From Thermoanaerobaculia bacterium (GTDB lineage Bacteria; Acidobacteriota; Thermoanaerobaculia; Gp7-AA8): a stretch of 64,000 nt of DNA. Location of the stretch: assembly GCA_036261885.1 (NCBI GenBank), contig DATAJY010000009.1:52814-116813 (forward strand), written 5' to 3'. Below the pieces are notes generated by a model. That model was not told where the DNA came from. It did not search any database and saw nothing but the letters and a program-made list of their open reading frames with translations. Positions 48,324 to 58,380 of the stretch are shown here, piece after piece; position 1 is the stretch's first letter, and the number at the start of each line of letters is the position of its first letter. Made by a program: the position numbers and the translations under genes.

Positions 48324-49454
48324 ATGCGTATCGCTCTCTTCCTCGTCATCGCGCTCCTGCTCTTCCTTCCCTTCAACTGGCTCGCGTATCGCCAGCTCGT
48401 GCGCATTCATCCGCGACGCAGGCGCTGGATTCTCCCCGCCCTCGTCCTCGGCAATCTGATGTGGCCGTTCTTTCCGCTGCTGCGCTCGTTCACCGACTTC
48501 GCGCGCATCACCCGCGCGATCTTCGGCCCGCTCTGGTTCGGCTGGACGGTGCTCACGCTGCTCTACTCGCTGCTGCTGTTCGTCGTGCTGCTGGCGTGGA
48601 TTCCGTTCCACCGCCGCATGACATTCGCGCGGTTCGCACGCTGGCCGTCGCGAGTCTTTCTCGTCACCGGCGCGATCGCATGCGTCATCGGCTACTACCA
48701 GGCCATCGTGCCGCTGCGCGTCGAACGCGTGCCGATCCGCATCGCGAATCTCCCCGCCGCGGCAGACGGTATGAAGATCGCGCTCCTCGGCGATCTGCAC
48801 GTCGGTCTCTTCACGCGCCCGTCGCGCCTGCAGACGATCTTCGCCACGACCGCGCGCTTGCATCCCGACGTCGTGCTCCTCGCCGGCGACATGATCGATG
48901 ACGATCCGCACTTCGTGCCGAAGCTGCTGGCCGGCACGAGCGCGCTTCCGCCCTCGACCCCGGTCTACGGCGTGCTCGGCAATCACGAGATGTACGGCGA
49001 CCCGCTGCTGGCGATCGAACGTCTGGAGGGGAGCCGCATTCGACTGCTGATGAATGAAGGCACCGCGATGCGCGGCATCTGGATCGCCGGCGTTTCCGAT
49101 CCCGCCGCCCGCGACGCCGCGCAACAGCAACCGCGGCTCCTGCCGAATCTCACCCGCGCACTCCACGGCCGGCCCGCGGCGATGCTGCCGATCGTGGTCG
49201 CGCATCAGCCGAAGATTCTCGACGATGCACTGCGGGAGCACGTTCCGCTCGTGCTCACCGCGCACACGCACGGCGGCCAGTTCGGCATCCGCCCCCTCGG
49301 CTGGTCGCTCGCCGGCGTGTTCCTCCGCTATCACATGGGACTCTATGCAATTGGCGGGACGCAGCTCTACATCAACACCGGCACCGGTTACTGGCTCTTT
49401 CCGTTCCGCCTCGGCATGACCCCCGAGATCACGCTGATCGAGTTGCAGCGCTGA
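48324..49454 (+). CDS. membrane-bound metallophosphoesterase (YkuE-like)
   Basis: 4 N-terminal TM helices, then MPP motifs LGDLHVG, GDMIDD, GNHE, AHTHGGQ. Confidence 0.8.
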   Translation: MRIALFLVIALLLFLPFNWLAYRQLVRIHPRRRRWILPALVLGNLMWPFFPLLRSFTDFARITRAIFGPLWFGWTVLTLLYSLLLFVVLLAWIPFHRRMTFARFARWPSRVFLVTGAIACVIGYYQAIVPLRVERVPIRIANLPAAADGMKIALLGDLHVGLFTRPSRLQTIFATTARLHPDVVLLAGDMIDDDPHFVPKLLAGTSALPPSTPVYGVLGNHEMYGDPLLAIERLEGSRIRLLMNEGTAMRGIWIAGVSDPAARDAAQQQPRLLPNLTRALHGRPAAMLPIVVAHQPKILDDALREHVPLVLTAHTHGGQFGIRPLGWSLAGVFLRYHMGLYAIGGTQLYINTGTGYWLFPFRLGMTPEITLIELQR

Positions 49455-50304
49455 CGATGGCCCGCAGCACCGCGCCGCATTTCTCTTCGATCTTCAGCGT
49501 CGCCAGCTCGTCGCCGCGCGTCGGTCCGATGTTCACGATGGCGATCGGCAGCTGCCGTTCCGCGGCGCGCTTCACGAAGCGATAGCCCGACCAGACCGTC
49601 AGCGACGAACCGACCACCAGCATCGCGTCTGCTTCGCCGACGCGCATCATCGAATACGTCACCTTCTCCGCCGGCACCGATTCGCCGAAGAACACCACCG
49701 CCGGCTTCAGCACGCCGCCGCAGCGAATGCACTCCGGCACCTGAAATCCGCCAACGACGTCGTTCGCGACTTCCGCATCGCCATCGGGAGCGAAGTCCGC
49801 CTCGTCGGCCTGCAGCCGGTCCCACTCCGCCGCGGCCAGCCATTCGGCGTTGAGCTCGGCGAGCCGCTCCTGCATCTCCGCGCGCGGAAACTCGCCGCGG
49901 CAGTCGAGACAGACCACCAGCCGGTTGCGGCCATGCAGCTGCACGACGGCGCGGCTGCCTGCTTCCTGATGCAGGTCATCGACGTTCTGCGTGATCAGCT
50001 GATGCACGCGCCCGTCTGCCTCGAGCTGCGCCAGCGCGCGATGCGCATCGTTCGGCCGCGCGCGTTCGAAGCGCGGCCAGCCGCGATACGAGCGCGCCCA
50101 GTAGAACCGCCGCACTTCCGCGCTTTTCACGAACGACGAGAAGTAGATCGGCTTGTGTTTCGTCCACGCACCGCCGGGGCTGCGGTAATCGGGAATGCCC
50201 GACTCCGTGCTGCAGCCCGCGCCGGTGAGCACGACCAGACGCCGGGCCGCGCTCAGGAACTCGACGAGACTATTTCGCAAACGCCCCCTCGATCTTCGGT
50301 CCAC
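49429..50304 (-). CDS. NAD-dependent protein deacylase, Sir2 family
   Basis: GAGCSTESGIPDYRS, QNVDDLH, Zn ribbon CxxC...CxxC (CLDC...CIRC). Confidence 0.85.
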   Translation of the reverse strand: MDRRSRGRLRNSLVEFLSAARRLVVLTGAGCSTESGIPDYRSPGGAWTKHKPIYFSSFVKSAEVRRFYWARSYRGWPRFERARPNDAHRALAQLEADGRVHQLITQNVDDLHQEAGSRAVVQLHGRNRLVVCLDCRGEFPRAEMQERLAELNAEWLAAAEWDRLQADEADFAPDGDAEVANDVVGGFQVPECIRCGGVLKPAVVFFGESVPAEKVTYSMMRVGEADAMLVVGSSLTVWSGYRFVKRAAERQLPIAIVNIGPTRGDELATLKIEEKCGAVLRAIVSAATRSA

Positions 50305-51778
50305 TCGCGATGTCCACCAATGCGTGAATCAACACGCGTGCACCACGATGCAAATCGGCGATCGAGATCTTCTCATCGACGTCGTGTCCCGGATACGGCT
50401 TGCCGGGAAACCACATCCCGAACGCGATCGCATTCGGCAGTCTCTTCGCGTACGTGCCTCCGCCCGAGATGGCCGGCTTCGCCTTCTCGCCCGTGGCATG
50501 CTCGTACACGCGCATGAGCCGCTTCACGATCTTCGCGTTCGGATCGAAGATCAGCGGCTCGTCGGAGAAGTACGAGTTCTTCTGATCGACCGTCAGCGCC
50601 GAACCCTGCTTCTCGTTGAACGTCGCGACGAACTCCTCGAGGTACTTCTTCGACTCCGCTCCGTTGCGCGGCGGCGTGCGGCGCAGATTGATGTAGAGCG
50701 TCACCTGCTTCGGATCGTTTTCGACGAGCTTTACCGTGGCGACGTTGACGTCGTAGCGGCCCCAGACCGGATCGTTCGATGTGATGCCGAGGCCGGTGCC
50801 GTGGATGTCTTTGCCGGCGATGCGCGCGAAGGTGAGCAGATCGTCGACGCCGCCGCTCGGCAGTTTTCCTTCGAGCGCGATGGCGAGCGCGACGAGGGCG
50901 TTGCGTCCGCCGCGAATGTTCACGCCGGCGTGCGCCGATTTGCCGTACGCAACGATGCGGAAGGTGACTCCGTACGACTCGAACGCGAGCCTCGTTCCTT
51001 CCGGCAGTTTCTTCTTCGCCGCTTCGAGCTCGGCGACGAGAGGATCCCAGTTCACGCTCTCGCCGTTCCACGCGAGCTCCACCTCGGCGCGGTCCGGCAC
51101 GATGCTCGGCGAGAGGCCGGCGCTGATCGACGACACGCGATACGGTTTCACGACGCCGGGACGTTCCGCGATCGGCGTCGTCAGCCCGAGACCGTCCCAT
51201 GCTTTCTCCCCGACCACGACCGGGAACTCGGAATCGAGCACGAGCGAATAGTCGGGCGGCGCATGCGTCGTGAGGTACTCCCCCATCTCCGTCGCCGACG
51301 ATTCTTCTTCACTGCCGACGAGGAGGCGGATCGTGTGCGTGCGCGGCAGCCCGCTTTCTTTCAGCGCCTTCATCGCCAGCAGCGTCTGGATCAGCGGACC
51401 TTTGTCGTCCGCCGCGCCGCGGCCGAGCACGTAACCATCCGCGACGCGGCCGTCGAATGGATCGAAGGTCCACCCTTCGGGATCGGCGAGTTGCACGTCG
51501 CCGTGAATGACCAGCCCGAGGATCGGCGCGTTTTCGGGACCCGGCAGTTCGATCTCCGTGATCTTCCCGCTGTCACGCGACACGAAGCCCATCTCTTTCG
51601 CGACGTTCATCAGCCACTGCTTCTGCGCGGCGTGCGCGTCGGGATCGTTGACGTGCGTGCGAAAGCCGATCACCTCGGTGAGCATCGGCACGAGCCTGGG
51701 CGCTTCCTGTTTTTCGTAATGGTCGAGAGCCGGCTGCGCCGAGATCGTCGCGGCCAGCAGGAGAGATCCGATGAGCAT
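50270..51778 (-). CDS. M20 family metallopeptidase (dipeptidase-like), secreted
   Basis: signal MLIGSLLLAATISAQP; metal-binding HGDVQ, GAADDKG, SEEES. Confidence 0.8.
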   Translation of the reverse strand: MLIGSLLLAATISAQPALDHYEKQEAPRLVPMLTEVIGFRTHVNDPDAHAAQKQWLMNVAKEMGFVSRDSGKITEIELPGPENAPILGLVIHGDVQLADPEGWTFDPFDGRVADGYVLGRGAADDKGPLIQTLLAMKALKESGLPRTHTIRLLVGSEEESSATEMGEYLTTHAPPDYSLVLDSEFPVVVGEKAWDGLGLTTPIAERPGVVKPYRVSSISAGLSPSIVPDRAEVELAWNGESVNWDPLVAELEAAKKKLPEGTRLAFESYGVTFRIVAYGKSAHAGVNIRGGRNALVALAIALEGKLPSGGVDDLLTFARIAGKDIHGTGLGITSNDPVWGRYDVNVATVKLVENDPKQVTLYINLRRTPPRNGAESKKYLEEFVATFNEKQGSALTVDQKNSYFSDEPLIFDPNAKIVKRLMRVYEHATGEKAKPAISGGGTYAKRLPNAIAFGMWFPGKPYPGHDVDEKISIADLHRGARVLIHALVDIASGPKIEGAFAK

Positions 51779-51781
51779 GAG

Positions 51782-52234
51782 TTAGAACAACCTCCGTCCT
51801 TCGAGTGCGAGCAACCACTGCTTTCGTTCGATTCCGCCACCATAGCCCGTGAGCGAGCCGTTCGCGCCGATGACGCGATGACACGGCACGATCACCGGGA
51901 TCGGATTCGCGCCGTTCGCCGCGCCGACCGCACGAATCGCCGCCGGCCGCCCGATGCGATGCGCGAGCTCCATGTACGAGATCGTGTCGCCGTAGCCGAT
52001 GTTCTGCAATTCCGTCCAGACCGCGATCTGAAACGGCGTCCCCTTCAACGCGAGCGGGAGATCGAACGTCCGCCGATGACCGGAAAAGTATTCGTGGAGC
52101 TGGCGGGCGACCGGCTGGCAGTTGGCGGCCGGCAGCTGGCGGAGGTCGTCCGATCGCGTGAAACGCAATTCGGTGAGCCGCCCTTCTGCATCGACGGCGA
52201 TCGTCAACGGTCCGATCGGCGAATCAATCGTCAT
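51782..52234 (-). CDS. ogt: methylated-DNA-[protein]-cysteine S-methyltransferase
   Basis: active site PCHRVI; motif GYGGG. Confidence 0.85.
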   Translation of the reverse strand: MTIDSPIGPLTIAVDAEGRLTELRFTRSDDLRQLPAANCQPVARQLHEYFSGHRRTFDLPLALKGTPFQIAVWTELQNIGYGDTISYMELAHRIGRPAAIRAVGAANGANPIPVIVPCHRVIGANGSLTGYGGGIERKQWLLALEGRRLF

Positions 52235-52330
52235 GCTCGTTCAAACACCTCGCTCGCGAGTCGCGTTCGTCATTCCGGCCGGCACAACCATTTACAATAG
52301 CCCCACTTCAGCACCGTCTCGGGAGACACC

Positions 52331-53326
52331 ATGAAAACCTTCTTCAGGGTCGTGGGCATTGCAGTGCTCGCGATCGTGGCCCTTGCTGCGATCGGAGTTT
52401 CGTACCTCTCGCTGCGCAAACCGGCGCAGCGTCCGGCCTCGGCCGAAAAAATCGAAGCAACACCGGAGCGCGTCGCGCGCGGCCGGTACCTCGTCTCGCA
52501 CGTCACGCTCTGCGTCGATTGCCATTCCGAGCGGACGCTCGCCTACGGACTGCCGGTGAAACCGGGACGCGAAGGCGTCGGCGGATTCGTCTGGGATCCG
52601 AAGAGCAAGTTCCCCGGCACGCTCGCGGCCGCGAACCTCACGCCGGATCCCGACACCGGGCTCGGCAAATGGAGCGACGGCGAGATCCTGCGCGCCATCC
52701 GCGAAGGCGTCGACCGCGAAGGCAACGCACTCTTCCCGATCATGCCTTACGGTCACTACCGCGCCATGTCCGACGACGACGCGAAAGCGGTGGTCGCCTA
52801 TCTCCGCACGCTCCGGCCGCAGCGTTACGAGAAACCGAAGAAGAGCCTCGACGTGCCGCTGAACTTCGTCGAAAAATTCATCCCGCAGCCGCTCAGCGCG
52901 CCGGTCCCGCCGGTCGATCCGAGCGATCACCTCGCCTACGGCAAATACCTCACCACCATCGCCGCCTGCGGCGAATGCCACACACCGAAAGACGACAAAG
53001 GAAACGCCCTTCCGGGAATGGAGTTCGCCGGCGGCTTCGAGATGCACACGCCGTACTTCCGCGTCGTCACCGCGAACATCACCCCGCATCCCGCGACCTA
53101 CATCGGCCGCGCCTCCCGCGAGGAGTTCATCGCCCGCTTCAAGTCATTCGAGCAGATGAACGCCAGCAACGCCCCGCCAGCCGAGCCCGGAAAAAACACG
53201 CTCATGCCCTGGCTCTCCTACGCCGGCATGTCCCCCGACGACCTCGGCGCCATCTACGATTACCTGAAAACCATCAAGCCGATCGAACACCAGGTGAATT
53301 CATTTCCGGATGCGATGAGGCGGTAG
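52331..53326 (+). CDS. dihaem c-type cytochrome, membrane-anchored
   Basis: N-terminal TM; two CxxCH motifs (CVDCH, CGECH), each in a class-I cytochrome c-like domain. Confidence 0.75.
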   Translation: MKTFFRVVGIAVLAIVALAAIGVSYLSLRKPAQRPASAEKIEATPERVARGRYLVSHVTLCVDCHSERTLAYGLPVKPGREGVGGFVWDPKSKFPGTLAAANLTPDPDTGLGKWSDGEILRAIREGVDREGNALFPIMPYGHYRAMSDDDAKAVVAYLRTLRPQRYEKPKKSLDVPLNFVEKFIPQPLSAPVPPVDPSDHLAYGKYLTTIAACGECHTPKDDKGNALPGMEFAGGFEMHTPYFRVVTANITPHPATYIGRASREEFIARFKSFEQMNASNAPPAEPGKNTLMPWLSYAGMSPDDLGAIYDYLKTIKPIEHQVNSFPDAMRR

Positions 53327-53455
53327 TCGGTAGTCCGGAGTCGGGTGTCGGGAGCACGGCCACCCGAAAACTCGTGGGCGGGTGGTGGCCTCCCGACTCC
53401 CGACTCCCGACAACCGACAACCGACTCCCGAACTCTCCGTCCCTCCAAACCGATT
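53320..53455. repeat. GTCGG-type palindromic repeat (family 2), copy C; its first bases supply the last codons and stop of the cytochrome gene
   Basis: gatgaggcggtagtcggtagtccggagtcgggtgtcgggag ... ctcccgactcccgactcccgacaaccgacaaccga; atg agg cgg tag is read in frame as M-R-R-stop. Confidence 0.8.
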
Positions 53456-53507
53456 CTTCATCCCAAATCGCAAAACCCTGAGGCGACGCAGGCCGTAAAT
53501 AGGCCAC

Positions 53508-54395
53508 ATGTCACTCACATTACGCATTGAAGGTCTGTCCAAAACCTACTCCAACGGCGTCCAGGCATTACAGAACGTAAACCTCACGATCCCGACCGGC
53601 ATGTTCGGTCTGCTCGGGCCGAACGGCGCGGGGAAGTCGACTCTGATGCGAACGATCGCCACGCTGCAGGAAGCGGATGGCGGCTCGATCCTGCTGGGCG
53701 ACATCGATGTTCTGCACGACAAAGACGCCGTCCGCCGCGTGCTCGGATATCTGCCGCAGGAGTTCGGCGTCTATCCGCGCATCTCCGCCGAGTCGCTGCT
53801 CGATCACTTCGCGATCCTGAAAGGGATTCACCAGCGCGGTGAGCGGCGCGACATCGTCAACGCCCTCCTCCGTCGCGTGAATCTCCACGGCGCGCGCAAG
53901 CAGGCTCTCGGCACGTTCTCCGGCGGCATGCGCCAGCGCTTCGGCATCGCGCAGGCGCTCCTCGGCAATCCGCGACTGATCATCGTCGACGAGCCGACGG
54001 CCGGCCTCGATCCGGAAGAGCGGGTCCGCTTCCACAACCTCCTCGCCGAGATCGGAGAGAACGTCATCGTCATCCTCTCGACGCACATCGTCGAAGACGT
54101 GAGTGATCTCTGCAGCCGCATGGCCATCATCTCTCATGGCCAGGTGCTGGCCGAGTGCGATCCGGCCGAGGCGCTGCGCGATGTCGATGGGAAAATCTGG
54201 CGCCGCACGATCGGCAAGGGCGAGCTGACCGCGATCCAGAGCGAGCACGCCGTGATCTCGACCAGGCTCGTGGCCGGCAAGACCGTCGTGCATGTCTTCA
54301 GCGACACGCAGCCCGCCGGCTTCTCGCCGGTCAACGCCAGCCTCGAAGACGTCTACTTCTCGACCATCCGCAAGTCCGGAGCGAAGGCGGCCTGA
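53508..54395 (+). CDS. ABC transporter ATP-binding protein
   Basis: Walker A GPNGAGKST, signature FSGGMRQRFGIA, Walker B LIIVDEP. Confidence 0.9.
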   Translation: MSLTLRIEGLSKTYSNGVQALQNVNLTIPTGMFGLLGPNGAGKSTLMRTIATLQEADGGSILLGDIDVLHDKDAVRRVLGYLPQEFGVYPRISAESLLDHFAILKGIHQRGERRDIVNALLRRVNLHGARKQALGTFSGGMRQRFGIAQALLGNPRLIIVDEPTAGLDPEERVRFHNLLAEIGENVIVILSTHIVEDVSDLCSRMAIISHGQVLAECDPAEALRDVDGKIWRRTIGKGELTAIQSEHAVISTRLVAGKTVVHVFSDTQPAGFSPVNASLEDVYFSTIRKSGAKAA

Positions 54396-57300
54396 TGCTC
54401 AGCGCCATCGCCAGATTCGAGCTCAAGTACCACCTGCGGGCTCCGCTCTTCTACATCCTCACGCTCGTCTTCTTCCTGCTCACGTTTGCGGCGGTGACCA
54501 CCGACGGCGTGCAGCTTGGCGGCGCGGTCGGCAACGTCAATCGCAACTCGCCGTACGTGATCATGCAGTTCCTGCTGGTGATGACGATCTTCGGCGTTCT
54601 CACCACCACCGCGTTCGTCGCCAACGCCGTCCATCGCGATTTCGAGATGGGCACCGACTCGCTGTTCTTCAGCGCGCCGATCCGGAAATTCGACTATCTG
54701 ATCGGGCGCTTCCTCGGCTCTTTCAGCGTGGCCGTGCTGGTCTACTTCGGCGTGGTCGGCGCGATCATGCTCGGCAGCATCATGCCGTGGATCGAGAAGG
54801 AACGCCTCGGCGCCTTCGACCTCTGGCCCTACGCCTACACGATGCTGGTCATGGTCATCCCGAACCTGCTGCTGGCCGGCGCGATCTTCTTCGCCGTCGC
54901 CGCGATCACGCGCAGCCTCATGGCCACCTACTCGTCCGCGGTCGCGTTCATCGTCGCCGCCGCCGTGTCGAACAACATCCTCGAATCGGCGCTCGACAAC
55001 GAGACCATCGTGAGCCTCGCCGATCCGTTCGGCTTCGGCGCGTTCGGCGTCGCCACGCGCTACTGGACCGTCTTCCAGAAAAACACGCAGGTCCTCCCGC
55101 TGGAAGGCGTGTTCCTCTGGAACCGCATCCTCTGGACCGTCATCTCGCTGGCCTGTCTCGCACTCGCGCTGAAGCTCTTCCACTTCCGCATCGGCGTGCA
55201 GAACGCGAAACGGAAACGGGTCGAGGCGAGCGACGAGGTCGTCTCGCGCATCCCGCTCGCGCTGCCGAAAGTCTCGCAGACGTTCGGCGGCGGCGCGGCA
55301 TGGAAGCAGTTCTTCGCCAGCGTCAGCCTGCAGGCCAGCACGATCTTCAAGAGCATCCCCTTCGCGATCATGCTGCTCCTCGGCGTCCTGAACATCTGGG
55401 GCAACTCGGTCGGGCAGGAAAACCGCTTCGGCACCAGCGTCTATCCGACCACCGGGCTGATGGTCGAGACGATCTTCGGCGCGTTCGCGATCTTCGCCCT
55501 GCTCATCGCCGCGTTCTACGCGGGCGACATCGTCTGGCGCGAGCGCAATCTCAAGCTGCACGAAGTCAGCGATGCGATGCCGATTCCGACGTGGGCGCAG
55601 TGGGGCGCGAAACTGACGGCGCTCGTCGGCGTGCTCATCACCACGCTCGCCGCCGGCATCGCCACCGGCATGATCCTGCAGCTCGCGAAGGGCTACACGA
55701 AGCTCGAGCCGATGGTCTACGTGAAAGGCATCTTCCTCGAGCTCGGCGTCTTCGTGGTGCTGATCGCGGCCCTCGCGTTCATCATGCAGGTGCTGTTCAA
55801 CCAGAAGTTCGTCGGCTTCCTCGGCGTACTGGTCTACTTCATTCTCAACCGCGCGCTGCCGGCCCTCGATCTCGAGCACCGCCTCTATCGCTTCGCCTCC
55901 ACGCCGCCGGCCACCTGGTCGGACATGAACGGCTTCGGCCACTTCGTCACGCCGATGGTTTCGTTCAATGCCTACTGGACGCTCTTCTGCATCGTGATGC
56001 TCGTGTTCTGCCACCTCTTGTGGGTGCGTGGAACGGAGAGCGGCCTCAAGTCGCGGTTCAGCGTCGCGCGGCAGCGCTTCAGTAAACCGGTCTTCGCGAT
56101 GTTCGTCCTCTCGCTGGTCGCGTTCATCTCGACCGGCTGCTACATCTACTACAACACCAACGTCGTGAACTCGTACCGCACGACGAAGGAAGGCGAACAG
56201 CTGCAGGCCGAGGCCGAAAAGAAGTACAAAAAGTACGAGACGCTGCTGCAGCCGAAGATCACGGCGGTGCAGGCGAACGTCGACATCGTGCCGGAGCAGC
56301 GCAAGGTTTCGATCGACGGAACCTATGCACTGAAAAACAAGGGCACGCAGCCGATTCCGGCCATCCACATCAATTTCAATCCGGAAGCGCTGACCACGTT
56401 CGAAGTCGAATTGCCGAACGCGAAGCTCGAGACCAGCGACCGCGATCACGGTTATCTCATCTACAAGCTCGCCCAGCCGCTGCAGCCGGGAGAGGAATTG
56501 ACGATGCGCTACAAGACCGCGTTCGAAGCAAAAGGCTTCGTGAACGGCGCATCGAACACGCAGGTCGTCGAGAACGGGACCTTCTTCAACTCGAACGGCT
56601 ACTTCCCCCGCCTCGGCTACAACTCCGGCGTCGAGCTGCAGGATCGCAACAAACGCCGCAAATACGGCCTCAAACCGATTCAGCGCATGAAGAAGCCCGA
56701 CGACCTCCAGGCCCGCATGGACAACGGTCTCGGCGACTCCGACTGGCTGAGCCTCGATACCACCGTCTCCACCTCGGCCGATCAGATCGCGATCGCACCC
56801 GGATATCTGCAGCGCGAGTGGACGCAGAACGGACGGCGCTATTTTCATTACAAGACCACCTCGCCCATTCTCGGCTTCTGGTCGTATCTCTCCGCGCGCT
56901 ACAGCGTGAAACGCGGCCAATGGAAGGATGCGCACGGCAACGTCGTGCCGATCGAGATCTATTACGACGCCAAACACGGCTACAACGTCGATCGGATGAT
57001 CTACGCGACCCGGAAGTCGCTCGACTACTTCACGAAAAACTTCTCGCCTTATCAGCACAAGCAGGTGCGCATCCTCGAGTTCCCCCGCTACGCGAGCTTC
57101 GCGCAATCGTTCCCGAACACGATTCCGTTTTCTGAATCGATCGGCTTCGTGGCCGATCTGCGCGACAAGGAGAGCATCGACTACGTCTTCTACGTGACCG
57201 CGCATGAAGTGGCGCACCAGTGGTGGGCGCATCAGGTCATTGGCGGCAACGTGCAGGGCTCGACCATGATCGTCGAGACCATGGCCCAGTACTCCGCGCT

Positions 57301-57961
57301 GATGGTGATGGAGAAAGAGTACGGCCGGAACAAGATGCAGAAGTTCCTCCGCTACGAGCTCGATCGTTATCTCAGTGGCCGCGGCGGGGAGCTCGTCGCC
57401 GAGATGCCGCTGATGCTCGTCGAGAATCAGCAGTACATCCACTATCGCAAAGGCAGCCTCGTGATGTACGCCCTGCGCGATTACATCGGCGAAGAGGCGG
57501 TCAACCGCGCGCTGGCGAAATTCATCCGCGACAAGGCGTTCGCCGAACCGCCGTACACCACCGCCACCGAGCTCGTGAAGTACTTCCGCGCCGAAGCGCC
57601 GCCGCAATATCAGGAGACGATCACGGACCTCTTCGAACGCATCGTTCTCTATGACCTCCAGGCGCGCGAAGTGAAATCGGTCAAACGCGCCGACGGCAAA
57701 TACGTCGTGACCATGACCGTCGCCTCCACGAAACTGCGCGCCGACGACAAAGGCGAAGAAAAGCCGGTCCCCATCAACGACCTCATCGACATCGGCGTCC
57801 TCGGCGAAAAGGACAAGCTCCTGGCCGTCGAGAAACACCGCATCACCAAACCGGTCGAAACGTTCGAGATGGTCGTCAGCGAGAAACCGCAGAAAGCAGG
57901 CATCGACCCAATGAACAAACTCATCGACCGAAACCCCAAAGACAACACGAAATCGCTGTAA
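54395..57961 (+). CDS. fusion protein: ABC-2-type permease (N-terminal ~600 aa, multi-TM) + M1 family aminopeptidase-N-like domain
   Basis: ATGA-coupled to the ATPase gene; hydrophobic N-terminal half; C-terminal gluzincin motif HEVAHQWW...x18...E (HExxH+E). Confidence 0.8.
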   Translation: MLSAIARFELKYHLRAPLFYILTLVFFLLTFAAVTTDGVQLGGAVGNVNRNSPYVIMQFLLVMTIFGVLTTTAFVANAVHRDFEMGTDSLFFSAPIRKFDYLIGRFLGSFSVAVLVYFGVVGAIMLGSIMPWIEKERLGAFDLWPYAYTMLVMVIPNLLLAGAIFFAVAAITRSLMATYSSAVAFIVAAAVSNNILESALDNETIVSLADPFGFGAFGVATRYWTVFQKNTQVLPLEGVFLWNRILWTVISLACLALALKLFHFRIGVQNAKRKRVEASDEVVSRIPLALPKVSQTFGGGAAWKQFFASVSLQASTIFKSIPFAIMLLLGVLNIWGNSVGQENRFGTSVYPTTGLMVETIFGAFAIFALLIAAFYAGDIVWRERNLKLHEVSDAMPIPTWAQWGAKLTALVGVLITTLAAGIATGMILQLAKGYTKLEPMVYVKGIFLELGVFVVLIAALAFIMQVLFNQKFVGFLGVLVYFILNRALPALDLEHRLYRFASTPPATWSDMNGFGHFVTPMVSFNAYWTLFCIVMLVFCHLLWVRGTESGLKSRFSVARQRFSKPVFAMFVLSLVAFISTGCYIYYNTNVVNSYRTTKEGEQLQAEAEKKYKKYETLLQPKITAVQANVDIVPEQRKVSIDGTYALKNKGTQPIPAIHINFNPEALTTFEVELPNAKLETSDRDHGYLIYKLAQPLQPGEELTMRYKTAFEAKGFVNGASNTQVVENGTFFNSNGYFPRLGYNSGVELQDRNKRRKYGLKPIQRMKKPDDLQARMDNGLGDSDWLSLDTTVSTSADQIAIAPGYLQREWTQNGRRYFHYKTTSPILGFWSYLSARYSVKRGQWKDAHGNVVPIEIYYDAKHGYNVDRMIYATRKSLDYFTKNFSPYQHKQVRILEFPRYASFAQSFPNTIPFSESIGFVADLRDKESIDYVFYVTAHEVAHQWWAHQVIGGNVQGSTMIVETMAQYSALMVMEKEYGRNKMQKFLRYELDRYLSGRGGELVAEMPLMLVENQQYIHYRKGSLVMYALRDYIGEEAVNRALAKFIRDKAFAEPPYTTATELVKYFRAEAPPQYQETITDLFERIVLYDLQAREVKSVKRADGKYVVTMTVASTKLRADDKGEEKPVPINDLIDIGVLGEKDKLLAVEKHRITKPVETFEMVVSEKPQKAGIDPMNKLIDRNPKDNTKSL

Positions 57962-57966
57962 GCGAG

Positions 57967-57996
57967 AAACGGCGGGCCTGAAGGCCCGCCGTTTTC
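57967..57996 (+). terminator. rho-independent terminator
   Basis: aaacggcgggcc-tgaa-ggcccgccgtttt, then cattgtt. Confidence 0.8.
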
Positions 57997-58380
57997 ATTG
58001 TTCGACCAGAATATCAGCTTCACGCTGTAGTTAGCCCGACCGGAGCAGAACGCCAGAAAGCCAGAAGGCTAGCGTCCGCGTTCGTGGCCAGTTGTCGCGC
58101 CGCGACGCAGCCACGTCCACGCGCGACTCGCCTTGTCCGGGGTGAAAGCGTCGACAGGCGTGCCCACGCCTTCGTAGCGACCACGGGCTACGTCCAGCCT
58201 CGGATTTCAAAGCCGACACCGGCTTGGCCAAGTTTTGGAATGATTCGCCGGAAAGGCCGTGCGGCGGCTCCGGCGTGAGTCACGCTTGTTGCTCGCAAAT
58301 TCATCTCAAGTCACGAACGGCAGGGCACGTTCGATATGAGATACCCGCCGTCGTCGCTCGGCAGCGGTAGAATCGTCGCT

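Noticed and set aside
54353-57838. 1161-aa minus-strand ORF antisense to the ABC permease/M1 peptidase fusion, and 54292..56085 + alternate frame
   Set aside because: Compositionally biased (Arg/Asp/Glu/Gly) with no motifs. The sense frame has TM helices and the HExxH+E zinc site.
58000-58330. tRNA or integrase at the left edge of the low-GC islet
   Set aside because: No cloverleaf-compatible sequence (no TTCGAATCC-type T-arm, no acceptor stem/CCA context) and no integrase-like ORF found by eye. Island borders therefore remain undefined.
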